Shown piece by piece: positions 25,193 to 33,252 of a stretch of DNA of 64,000 bases; position 1 is the stretch's first letter, and every line of letters begins with the position of its first letter. This stretch comes from a virus. The notes beneath the pieces were generated by a model. The model ran no database searches and was not told the DNA's origin. It saw only the letters and a program-made list of their open reading frames with translations. The translations under genes were made by a program, and so were the position numbers. The stretch covers positions 1,190-65,189 of the IMG/VR virus record IMGVR_UViG_3300012153_000001; one strand, given 5' to 3'.

Positions 25193-25758
25193 ACGCAATC
25201 AACGTAAAATTCAAGCGCCTGCATCCGGACGCTAAGATTCCGCAGTATGCAACGGAAATGGCCGCCGGCTTCGATTTGGTGGCGGTAGAAGACGTAATCA
25301 TCGCGCCGGGCGAAACTGCGAAGGTTCCGTTAGGATTCGCGGTGCAGATTCCGGCGGGCTACGAAATACAAATCCGGCCGCGTTCGGGAGTTTCCGCTAA
25401 GACGAAGCTTCGCGTAGCTAACTCGCCGGGTACGATCGATGCGGATTATCGCGGAGAGGTTGCGGTGCTTATCGATAACATTGCGCCAGTATGGGATGCG
25501 GCCGCTGGTTATGCGTTAGATATCGAAGGTAAACCGACACATTCGCCTGTTCGCGGATTTCTTCCGGAAGGTACGTACATCATCCGCAAAGGTGATCGCA
25601 TCGCTCAAGGCGTACTCGCCGCAGTATCCCGTGCATCCTTCGAAGATGTCGCGGAGGTTGACGATACGGAGCGCGGAAATGGCGGCTTCGGCTCGACCGG
25701 AACTCACGTACACAACGTAACTATTACGCCGCTGAATCGGAGTGTGAACGCAATTTGA
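25189..25758 (+). CDS. dut: trimeric dUTPase with internal insertion and C-terminal extension
   Basis: Motifs AAGFDL, RSG, GTIDADYRGEV, GDRIAQ and RGNGGFGSTG. The GTG 25189 start gives the typical N-terminus VNAINVKFKRL. Confidence 0.85.
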   Translation: MNAINVKFKRLHPDAKIPQYATEMAAGFDLVAVEDVIIAPGETAKVPLGFAVQIPAGYEIQIRPRSGVSAKTKLRVANSPGTIDADYRGEVAVLIDNIAPVWDAAAGYALDIEGKPTHSPVRGFLPEGTYIIRKGDRIAQGVLAAVSRASFEDVAEVDDTERGNGGFGSTGTHVHNVTITPLNRSVNAI

Positions 25759-25851
25759 TCAAACGCTATACCTACGCAATCATCACCGCTTACTGTATGA
25801 CGGTTTGGGTCGGACTCGTAGTCCGGACGATATTACGATAGGAGGTCGCAC

Positions 25852-26073
25852 ATGATCGTAATCAGCGTTTACCTCTCGCTAGGTATGTTAATCGCAATGG
25901 CATTCGCTAAGTGGGGCGTGATTGACCCGGATGACGAAGGAATGCGCGAACTAGAAAGATCGCCACAAATGCAGCGCATGTTCTTGATTATACTCGCGCT
26001 ATTATGGTTGCCACTTATATTGATCGGCGGAATCCAAGCGAAAATTACACGTAAGGGAGATGACGCGGATTGA
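25852..26073 (+). CDS. small membrane protein
   Basis: SD AGGAGG upstream. Two hydrophobic helices. Confidence 0.5.
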   Translation: MIVISVYLSLGMLIAMAFAKWGVIDPDDEGMRELERSPQMQRMFLIILALLWLPLILIGGIQAKITRKGDDAD

Positions 26074-26864
26074 ACGTTAAGCTAATCGCACATACGCAAC
26101 TATCCGAAGAGTTTAGGAATGCGCTATGGGACAGAGAGGACGCGGATGTAGACGTAAATGACCGCGCAGCCATCGCATTAACCGCAATCCGCACGTGTTA
26201 CTCACCGCTCAAGCCTACGGAGATCGTCGCGCAAGAAGGCGAAAAGTACTTCGGAAACGCGGCGTCAGATGGCGCAGGAGGTACGGAAGCCGATCGATTG
26301 TTCCGCCATATTACCGGATCAGGTCATACGTCAACTCTCGAACATATCACGTACACATTCGCGGTCGAAGACGTGAGCCGCGCACTCCTGGCGCAACTCA
26401 CGCGTCACCGTCATCTATCGTTCAGCGTGCAGTCACAGCGCTATGTCCGTATGGGAAGCGCGGATAAGATTGGCGGATTCGATTACGTGACGCCTCCGAA
26501 AGTGGGGACGCAGGATGTTCCCGGAACAGATCGCTACGATGGTACTCGAACTCCATATCGCGGAGATCCGCTCAAGGCATACGAAGTGTTTGGGGAGTTT
26601 ATGGCGGAAGCACAACGAACATATGACCAACTTCGCGAAGCCGGAGTCCCGGCGGAAGACGCGCGCATGGTCCTACCGAATGCCGCCGCGTGTAATCTCG
26701 TAATGACCGGAAACTTGCGTACGTTCCTCGACTTTTACGCGAAGAGACGGCCGGGACGTGGTGCTCAGTGGGAGATTGCGGATTTGGCGGTAAGGCTGCG
26801 CGACGAGATCATAAAGGTTGATCCGTGGTTGGCTCCATATTTTGATACGAAGGAGAGTGCGTAA
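26070..26864 (+). CDS. thyX: flavin-dependent thymidylate synthase ThyX
   Basis: ThyX signature RHRHLSFSVQSQRY (RHRxxSxxxxSxR). Confidence 0.9.
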   Translation: MNVKLIAHTQLSEEFRNALWDREDADVDVNDRAAIALTAIRTCYSPLKPTEIVAQEGEKYFGNAASDGAGGTEADRLFRHITGSGHTSTLEHITYTFAVEDVSRALLAQLTRHRHLSFSVQSQRYVRMGSADKIGGFDYVTPPKVGTQDVPGTDRYDGTRTPYRGDPLKAYEVFGEFMAEAQRTYDQLREAGVPAEDARMVLPNAAACNLVMTGNLRTFLDFYAKRRPGRGAQWEIADLAVRLRDEIIKVDPWLAPYFDTKESA

Positions 26865-27074
26865 ATGAGCGAAGTTAACGTCTCATGGAATTATCACGAT
26901 ATTAATACGACCTGTGACCGTCTTGAGAAAGACGCGGATGCTTGCGTACTTTATATCAAAGGCGATCCGGAGTATAAGGAGCATATCGGACTAAGCGCGG
27001 CGCAGGCGGAGACTCTTATAGTAGACATCCGCAACATGCTCGATAAACTCTACGCAAAGGAGGACGCAGAATGA
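26865..27074 (+). CDS. hypothetical protein
   Basis: SD GAAGGAG upstream, with the ATG directly after the thyX stop. Confidence 0.5.
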   Translation: MSEVNVSWNYHDINTTCDRLEKDADACVLYIKGDPEYKEHIGLSAAQAETLIVDIRNMLDKLYAKEDAE

Positions 27075-27238
27075 GACTTATCGGACAGTTAATCGCCGGC
27101 CTAATCACGCAGCAACTCGCATTACACATGTTTGACGCAAGCCCGGCCGAAGGTTATATCGCGTATATTCTCGGATGGATTCTCGCGAAACAAATCATAG
27201 CGGAGGTGACCGCAGATGAGCGAAGCCAAAACGGATGA
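27071..27238 (+). CDS. small hydrophobic protein (55 aa)
   Basis: ATGA overlap with the previous stop. Overlaps the next gene by 23 nt. Uncertain. Confidence 0.3.
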   Translation: MRLIGQLIAGLITQQLALHMFDASPAEGYIAYILGWILAKQIIAEVTADERSQNG

Positions 27239-27503
27239 TCCGCGCCAACTAGCCGAAGTCCTCCCGTTCGTACCGCGTCCCACTCCGGAATCAATCGCGC
27301 AGATGGAACTCGTTTCCCTACTCGAACGCTACGTAGACTTAGCGCGGTCAGGCGAAGTCACCGGTGTAATCATCGCGGCCAAGACGGAGAATGACGTGTT
27401 AACCGGCGAAATCATGGCGGAAAGCGCCGGCGTCAATCCACGCGAAGCAACGTTATTGATCGAGGAATTACGCATAGTTAACTTTTACGAATACGACGTT
27501 TAA
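27216..27503 (+). CDS. hypothetical protein
   Basis: SD GGAGGTG upstream. Confidence 0.5.
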   Translation: MSEAKTDDPRQLAEVLPFVPRPTPESIAQMELVSLLERYVDLARSGEVTGVIIAAKTENDVLTGEIMAESAGVNPREATLLIEELRIVNFYEYDV

Positions 27504-27522
27504 CAACGAAGGAGGCGGATTA

Positions 27523-27996
27523 ATCTCGCTAAGTATAATCGCGCAAATCATCGTAGCTTTATCCGTAGGACTAAGCGCAGTTAACGGAGTCCCACCGAAC
27601 GAACCGATGCAACCACCCGCAGTCTCTTCGCAGGTAACAGGCAAACTTGCGAAAGAACAGGCGGAGATTAAGGCGCATGACGACGCGTGGCAAACGTACG
27701 AAGCGACTGCTTATACGGCGTTTTGCTCCGAAGGATGTACGGGAATCACCGCGACCGGCCTCGACGTCAGCGAAACGACTACGTATAAAGGGCGCACGGT
27801 TATCGCAACTGATCCGAAGGAGATCCCGCTTGGCACGCGGATAACAATACGGACTGCTGACGGTGGGGAAATCGCAGGCATATCGCAAGACCGCGGATCG
27901 GCGATTAAAGGCCGCAAGCTTGACGTATTAGTTGCGTCGGAAAAGGAAGCGCGCCAGTTCGGACGCCAGAAAGTACGCGTTAAAATCGAAAACTAA
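27523..27996 (+). CDS. secreted/anchored 3D-domain (MltA/RlpA-like) cell-wall protein, probable ATC start
   Basis: 3D-domain pattern YEATAYT..GITATG..IATDP..IPLGT..DRGSAIKG..LDV. GAAGGAGG (27508-27515), 7 nt, then ATC 27523. This start adds the hydrophobic N-terminus SLSIIAQIIVALSVGLSAV. Confidence 0.6.
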   Translation: MSLSIIAQIIVALSVGLSAVNGVPPNEPMQPPAVSSQVTGKLAKEQAEIKAHDDAWQTYEATAYTAFCSEGCTGITATGLDVSETTTYKGRTVIATDPKEIPLGTRITIRTADGGEIAGISQDRGSAIKGRKLDVLVASEKEARQFGRQKVRVKIEN

Positions 27997-28016
27997 ACGA
28001 TAAGGGAGCGGATTAT

Positions 28017-29255
28017 ATGAACGCAAACATTACCGTATTGAAAGACGAAAGCCTCGGCGGAGTTGAGCGCGAGTACCACGAGGTTAAGCGGAAGGCGAGC
28101 GTTGGTGAACGTATTAAGATCGTTGACGCCTCTTCATTCAGCGATTATGGAAACGGAGATACGTTTATCGTGGAACGCGATGACTGTGACGGGGATATTT
28201 TCATTACGGATAATGTCGGAGATGAGGAGGGTGTGTTTGATTACGAATACGTAACGCTCGAACCGTCCGATATCGTCCGCATCAACTCCGCCCGCTTCCG
28301 CATGGTCGATCGGAAAGCCGCGGTGGGCGAGCGCGTGATTATCGTAAATACTGTCGATTTAAACGGGGATGGCTACGAGAATGGTAATGTATTTGACGTA
28401 ACGGAACTTTGGGAAGCGGGAGTTGACGTTGATCACAGCGTAACGCTCTATCATCGAGAATACCACGTACTCGAACCAGTAAAAAGCACGCCAATCTCCG
28501 AACCTCTCTCCGCCAAGCCCGCGCCTGACCAAGCCGCCGAAATCATCGCGAAGTTATCGACGCGAGTAACTGCGCTTGAGGAACGTGTGGCGGCGTTGGA
28601 AACTGCGCCTATTAACCCGCGCTTATCTGACGTAGGAGTTAGAGCGCAGGAAGCTACGGACGCATTCGCTAGAGCTACGAAAAGGACATCCGCCACAGTA
28701 GCGGAAGTTACCGCTAACCTGGCGCAACGGGCGAAGGAAGCGCGCCAGAGAAAGCGCGATGACATCGTTAAGCGTGCGAAGGAGGACTTACACGCGCTGT
28801 CTATCGAAACTGGAAATTACGTTGTTAAGGATTCGCCCACATGTCGAGGTAATATATGTGAGGTGGAGTTCATTGTCAACCGAGATAAGCGTAAAGTTAC
28901 CGCTATCCTGCGCGGAGTAAACTCTCGAAAAGTACGCGCCGTTGGTCGGGCGGTCTGCAATCCGGATGACGTGTTTAACGTACATCTAGGGCGCGCAATT
29001 TCGCTAAGAAAAGCGCTAAAACAACCGATTCCGGAGGAGTACGTTAACGCGCCGCAGCCTACGGAGGTTCGCGTTGGGGATGTCGTTAAGTGGACGTATA
29101 AATATGGCGGGGAGATTACGGAGGTTGTAACGATTACACGTATTGACGGTGATCAATACCGATTCTCAGACGGGTGCTGGGACGATAGAGATACGCTAAC
29201 TGTGCTCGACGACTCCCGTACAGACAGCGCAGAGCCGCGGAAGGAGGTGGCGTAA
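28017..29255 (+). CDS. repeat protein, paralog family member P3
   Basis: Two units (YHEVKRKASVGERIKIV...YEYVTLEP and FRMVDRKAAVGERVIIV...REYHVLEP), a coiled coil, then the C-terminal domain VEFIVNRDKRKVTAILRG...NPDDVFNVHLGRAISLRKAL. Confidence 0.6.
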   Translation: MNANITVLKDESLGGVEREYHEVKRKASVGERIKIVDASSFSDYGNGDTFIVERDDCDGDIFITDNVGDEEGVFDYEYVTLEPSDIVRINSARFRMVDRKAAVGERVIIVNTVDLNGDGYENGNVFDVTELWEAGVDVDHSVTLYHREYHVLEPVKSTPISEPLSAKPAPDQAAEIIAKLSTRVTALEERVAALETAPINPRLSDVGVRAQEATDAFARATKRTSATVAEVTANLAQRAKEARQRKRDDIVKRAKEDLHALSIETGNYVVKDSPTCRGNICEVEFIVNRDKRKVTAILRGVNSRKVRAVGRAVCNPDDVFNVHLGRAISLRKALKQPIPEEYVNAPQPTEVRVGDVVKWTYKYGGEITEVVTITRIDGDQYRFSDGCWDDRDTLTVLDDSRTDSAEPRKEVA

Positions 29256-29256
29256 T

Positions 29257-29817
29257 ATGGGCGCGCTTCCTAACATCGCTCTCACGGGGAGATTACGCGC
29301 AGGCAAGGACGAGGCCGCCCGTTATCTCACGTCAAAGTACGGTTACACCGCGTTCGCATTCGGCGACGAGCTCAAACGCGATTTCCACCGCCGCTATCCC
29401 GAAATTCCCCGCGAGCCTAAACCACGCGTAGGTTATCAAGCGCACGGACAGCTCATGCGTGAATTAGTCGACGAGGATATATGGGTCCGCAAGTGTTTAG
29501 CAGAAGTACAGCGCGCCTATTACGGTAACCTAGATTTCCGCGCAGTCATTTGCGATTTACGCCAGCCAAACGAATACGGCGCACTCAAACGTAACAATTA
29601 CGTCCTTATCCGTGTAGAATCACCTGAGTCGCTCCGCATCCAACGCGCAGTCACGTCAGGCGACCGCTTTAACCTGCGGGACCTTACGCACGGCACGGAG
29701 ACGGCGCTTGACGGGTTCATAGCGGATTTCACCGTAACGAATGACGCAGGCTTGCCGGAGCTGTACGCGCAGATTGACGAAATCGTACGTCAGTTGTCCG
29801 GAAGTGATGCGGCGTGA
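29257..29817 (+). CDS. deoxynucleoside monophosphate kinase-like P-loop protein
   Basis: N-terminal IALTGRLRAGKDEAARYL resembles the phage dNMP kinase P-loop (GxxxxGKD). Confidence 0.5.
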   Translation: MGALPNIALTGRLRAGKDEAARYLTSKYGYTAFAFGDELKRDFHRRYPEIPREPKPRVGYQAHGQLMRELVDEDIWVRKCLAEVQRAYYGNLDFRAVICDLRQPNEYGALKRNNYVLIRVESPESLRIQRAVTSGDRFNLRDLTHGTETALDGFIADFTVTNDAGLPELYAQIDEIVRQLSGSDAA

Positions 29818-29993
29818 CGGCAGCGGAAACTACGCTTAACATCGCAGAAGAGTGGCGCAAAGGATACAAGGCCGGCTACGTAAATGGACGGATCGACGCG
29901 TTAGATGGACGTGAATATGACGATCGGACTCCGCTGCAGAAGCGGAAGGATACGGAAGAGATGAGAGGAGATGATGACCATCCGCAATTATAA
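29814..29993 (+). CDS. small hypothetical protein (59 aa)
   Basis: GTGA overlap with the previous stop. Overlaps the methyltransferase start. Confidence 0.3.
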   Translation: MTAAETTLNIAEEWRKGYKAGYVNGRIDALDGREYDDRTPLQKRKDTEEMRGDDDHPQL

Positions 29994-30951
29994 CGTTACT
30001 CCGCAGCTACCACCGAACGGCCTTACGGTCGCCGAGTTCTTTTGTGGCGGCGGTCTGATGGCCGTCGGACTCAAAGCGGCAGGCTACGATATCACATTCG
30101 CTAATGACTTCGATAAGCGCGCGGCAGAAGCTTACGCATACAATCTCGGCGATTACGTTATCTGCGGCGATATTACGGACGATGAAATTCAGGCGCAAAT
30201 CCCTAACGCAGACATTTATGCAGGAGGCCCACCGTGCCAAGACTATAGTATCGCAGGTGACGGTGAAGGCGAAGAAGGGGAGCGCGGTAAGCTCGTATGG
30301 ACGTATCTCGGAATTATCGAACGGAAACAGCCGAAAGCCTTCGTATTCGAAAACGTGAAGGGCTTGCTTACGAAGAAGCACCGCCCGACATTCGACGCGC
30401 TTATCAAGAAGTTCGAGGAGATCGGATATAACGTCTCTTGGCGCTTAATCAACGCTTGGGATTACGGAGTCGCCCAGAAAAGGGAGCGCGTGTTTATCGT
30501 AGGCGTACGTAAGGATATAGGCTTTACGTTCGAGTTTCCGGAGCCCCGAACGGAAGATTACCGGACGCAAATGCTGCGTGATGTGATCGGAGATTTACCG
30601 GAACCGGACGCGCAATCAAACGGACTATACTGGTCGCCAAAGCGCGATTACTCATATGACCAAGCTAACCGAGTCCAGTCGATGGATGGCGCAAGTAACA
30701 CGATACCGGCGCACCACAACAGCGGTCAGCCAATTCATCCAACGCAAGCACCTCGCCGTTTCACAGTCCGCGAATGTCTCCGTATCCAGTCCGTACCCGA
30801 CACGTATGTGCTCCCGGACTCAATCTCGCTATCCGCGCAATACCGTATCGTAGGCAACGGAGTCGCATCGCGCGTCTCTTACCTGATCGGAGTCGCGCTA
30901 GCGGAGCAGTTTATCGGAGCCTTGACGCAGTCCTTACCGGAGGCCGCGTAA
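29971..30951 (+). CDS. DNA (cytosine-5)-methyltransferase
   Basis: Motif I FCGGGL, motif IV GGPPCQDYS, motif VI ENVKGL, motif VIII QKRERVFIVG, motif X GNGV. Confidence 0.9.
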   Translation: MMTIRNYNVTPQLPPNGLTVAEFFCGGGLMAVGLKAAGYDITFANDFDKRAAEAYAYNLGDYVICGDITDDEIQAQIPNADIYAGGPPCQDYSIAGDGEGEEGERGKLVWTYLGIIERKQPKAFVFENVKGLLTKKHRPTFDALIKKFEEIGYNVSWRLINAWDYGVAQKRERVFIVGVRKDIGFTFEFPEPRTEDYRTQMLRDVIGDLPEPDAQSNGLYWSPKRDYSYDQANRVQSMDGASNTIPAHHNSGQPIHPTQAPRRFTVRECLRIQSVPDTYVLPDSISLSAQYRIVGNGVASRVSYLIGVALAEQFIGALTQSLPEAA

Positions 30952-30952
30952 G

Positions 30953-31144
30953 ATGGGCGCCTTTGACCGTTTCCAGCCGCCAGATGAGCGCGTGGAGATC
31001 GTCGGCTACTGCGCTTATTGCGGCGAAACGATTGAGCGCGGACAATCCGTTACATCTTACGCAAGCGGTGCGCAGACACACGACGGATTTTGCGAGGTTC
31101 AGTACGTAGAGAACGAGTTAGGGATAACGCGCAGTACCGTATGA
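30953..31144 (+). CDS. small zinc-ribbon-like protein
   Basis: SD GGAGG upstream. Contains CAYCGETIE...HDGFC. Confidence 0.45.
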   Translation: MGAFDRFQPPDERVEIVGYCAYCGETIERGQSVTSYASGAQTHDGFCEVQYVENELGITRSTV

Positions 31145-31257
31145 AAACGTAAGTATTCGAAAAATTCACGATAGAGGAGCGGAGGGCTCGGGCGGTGTCT
31201 TGTTAACGCAAGATTACCGCTTGGCCTGCGCCTTCTCATCGTTAAAAGGGAGCGGAT

Positions 31258-31662
31258 TTGCGTATGGGTTCAGTTAAAATTGACATCGAAAAGGGTTCGC
31301 GCAGCTATTCCGTTAAATACTCGCTTTCATCCGCGGCCGGAGTTAAGGCGCTTCTCCGCGACCGCCACCGGATCAGCTCCGCACGCTTTCGCGGTGATTA
31401 TGCCGCCTGTGACATACTCGTCGACTTGCATAGCGCAATTAACAGCGCCGGCTTGACCGCGAGACAAGTCGAAGCCATTGCGTTCGTATACGGAATTGAC
31501 GTAACACAGGCGGAGGCGGCGCGCCAGATGGGTATCACGCAGCAAGGCGTCGCCAAACTAATCGATGATGCAGCAGAGAAAATGGCGGAGGTTTACCGTC
31601 GATGGGAATACGAAGAGGTTAGCGTTGAATATACGGAAGATATCGAATTGGAGGCGGCTTAA
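31258..31662 (+). CDS. sigma-70 region-4-type HTH protein (possible late regulator)
   Basis: LTARQVEAIAFVYGIDVTQAEAARQMGITQQGVAKLI resembles sigma region 4. The start is TTG 31258 or ATG 31264. Confidence 0.55.
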   Translation: MRMGSVKIDIEKGSRSYSVKYSLSSAAGVKALLRDRHRISSARFRGDYAACDILVDLHSAINSAGLTARQVEAIAFVYGIDVTQAEAARQMGITQQGVAKLIDDAAEKMAEVYRRWEYEEVSVEYTEDIELEAA

Positions 31663-32387
31663 TGACGACAACTTACCGCGAGATTACGGAGCAATTGGTT
31701 ACTACGTTGGAAGGCGTGGTGGAGACGTTGTTTAAGGCGGAAGGATCGCCGCCTATCACGTTTGAGCACGGAGGAAAAACGTATGATCTCCGCGATAGAG
31801 AAACGCGCATGTACGTTATTGCGGCCGTTCAACGCGACTATTACTCGGAGCACGGCGAGTTTAACCAGCGTAAGATCAGCGAGTGGGAAGCGAAAGGTTG
31901 CCCCGGAGAACGTCCGGCCATGACGCCTGCAGACTCAGCGCTAATGGACCGCCTAACGGATCTCGCGCTGTACGAAGAGATTACGGACCCAAATCCGTAT
32001 AAAGTGTCCCACACGGAATATCCGTTTATGTCCGAACGACAGCTTGGCTTGCGCCGTGACCGTGAGACATCGGATACAGCCACGCAATCTACCGGAGTTG
32101 ACGGCAAAGACTACCGTAGGCCAACGAAGCGTAAGCGTAGTAGCTACGAACACTGGCGCGTAGATCAAGGCGCTAAGATCCGCAACGAGGCGCGTAAAGC
32201 TCAATACGAGTTGGATACGGAGCCGAGCGCAATCAAAACATATAACCTCTACGAAAATGGCGGCGAACTTACGGAGCCTTTCGTTAATTGCGTCGGCATT
32301 GGCAAGCGTTGGTCGAACGAAATGGGCGCGGTCAATGAAATCGAAGTAGTTACGGAAGTTATATACGAAGAAAAGGCCGCAGCTTAA
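31662..32387 (+). CDS. hypothetical protein
   Basis: SD GGAGG upstream and TAATG coupling with the previous gene. Confidence 0.55.
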   Translation: MTTTYREITEQLVTTLEGVVETLFKAEGSPPITFEHGGKTYDLRDRETRMYVIAAVQRDYYSEHGEFNQRKISEWEAKGCPGERPAMTPADSALMDRLTDLALYEEITDPNPYKVSHTEYPFMSERQLGLRRDRETSDTATQSTGVDGKDYRRPTKRKRSSYEHWRVDQGAKIRNEARKAQYELDTEPSAIKTYNLYENGGELTEPFVNCVGIGKRWSNEMGAVNEIEVVTEVIYEEKAAA

Positions 32388-32608
32388 TCGCGCGGCTCTT
32401 TTTCTAGCTCAAGTACATCCGCTATCTCTACGCCGAGGACTTCGCATATTTTAGCGAGATTGTCAAGCGGCAGCCGCTGCGTCTTGTTAGCGCGCATTTC
32501 TCCGACAGATGTGCGGCGTATTCCGGTTAAGCGTCCGAACTCGCGATCGCCTATGCCGCGTTCTTTCAATAGTTCGTCCAGTTTGAGGCGGACTTTATAC
32601 GTGGACAT
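32384..32608 (-). CDS. XRE-family HTH transcriptional regulator
   Basis: SD AGGAGGTGG upstream. HTH is FGRLTGIRRTSVGEMRANK. Its stop overlaps the stop of the convergent gene ending at 32387. Confidence 0.8.
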   Translation of the reverse strand: MSTYKVRLKLDELLKERGIGDREFGRLTGIRRTSVGEMRANKTQRLPLDNLAKICEVLGVEIADVLELEKEPRD

Positions 32609-32650
32609 TCAATTGCCACCTCCTGCGTTTAGTATATCGCAAAATTCGTC

Positions 32651-32731
32651 ACGTTAAAAGTGCCAAAAATGTATTGACACGTTAAACGGGACATAATATA
32701 CTGATAACAGTTGGAACGCTAAACGTGCCAA
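32651..32731 (+). promoter_or_regulatory. three direct operator-like repeats flanking/overlapping a promoter
   Basis: ACGTTAAAAGTGCCAA (32651-32666), ACGTTAAACGGGACAT (32679-32694) and ACGCTAAACGTGCCAA (32716-32731). Confidence 0.6.
32674..32702 (+). promoter_or_regulatory. consensus sigma-A promoter
   Basis: TTGACA (32674-32679), a 17-nt spacer, then TATACT (32697-32702). Confidence 0.7.
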
Positions 32732-32901
32732 TTAAGACTGAGGCAGAGGAACTCAACGGCGATAGTCTCCGGAACGAAGGGCTTAAGTAACCCGAGGTAC
32801 TCTTTTGAGGAAAGAACCGGCGTCGCTAGTTATCTAAGACCCTAAGGGACAAAAGGTTGAACGATCCGATGCCTAGTCTAATAAACTGCGAGGTGTGTCT
32901 T

Positions 32902-33252
32902 ATGTCACTGATTGAATACAAAGGTAATAAATATAAACCCTGCCCATATTGCAAAGGGAAGGGTTACAAAAACGGGTATGAGCATGTTCGTAACGGTATT
33001 TGCTTCCAATGCGAAGGGTACAAGTCAGTAGAAATATTCAATCTCATAGAAAAAACTCGAAAGGAAATAAAAAAAGAAAAAGAGGTGGAGTATCGCTATT
33101 CTGAAATTAAGAGGTTAAGACGCCTACTAGGAGGAAAGACAGAGGGCGACATGAAAGCAATCGATAAGTCGCGTCTCAGTCTCCTTAAAAGGAATGAGGA
33201 AGCGCTTATAAGACAGGGCATCCCTCTGCCGGAGAAATGTCAAGATGAATAA
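32902..33252 (+). CDS. DnaJ-type zinc-finger small protein (AT-rich)
   Basis: SD GAGGTG lies before ATG 32902. Contains CPYCKGKGY and CFQCEGYK. The C-terminal half is Lys/Glu-rich. Confidence 0.5.
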   Translation: MSLIEYKGNKYKPCPYCKGKGYKNGYEHVRNGICFQCEGYKSVEIFNLIEKTRKEIKKEKEVEYRYSEIKRLRRLLGGKTEGDMKAIDKSRLSLLKRNEEALIRQGIPLPEKCQDE

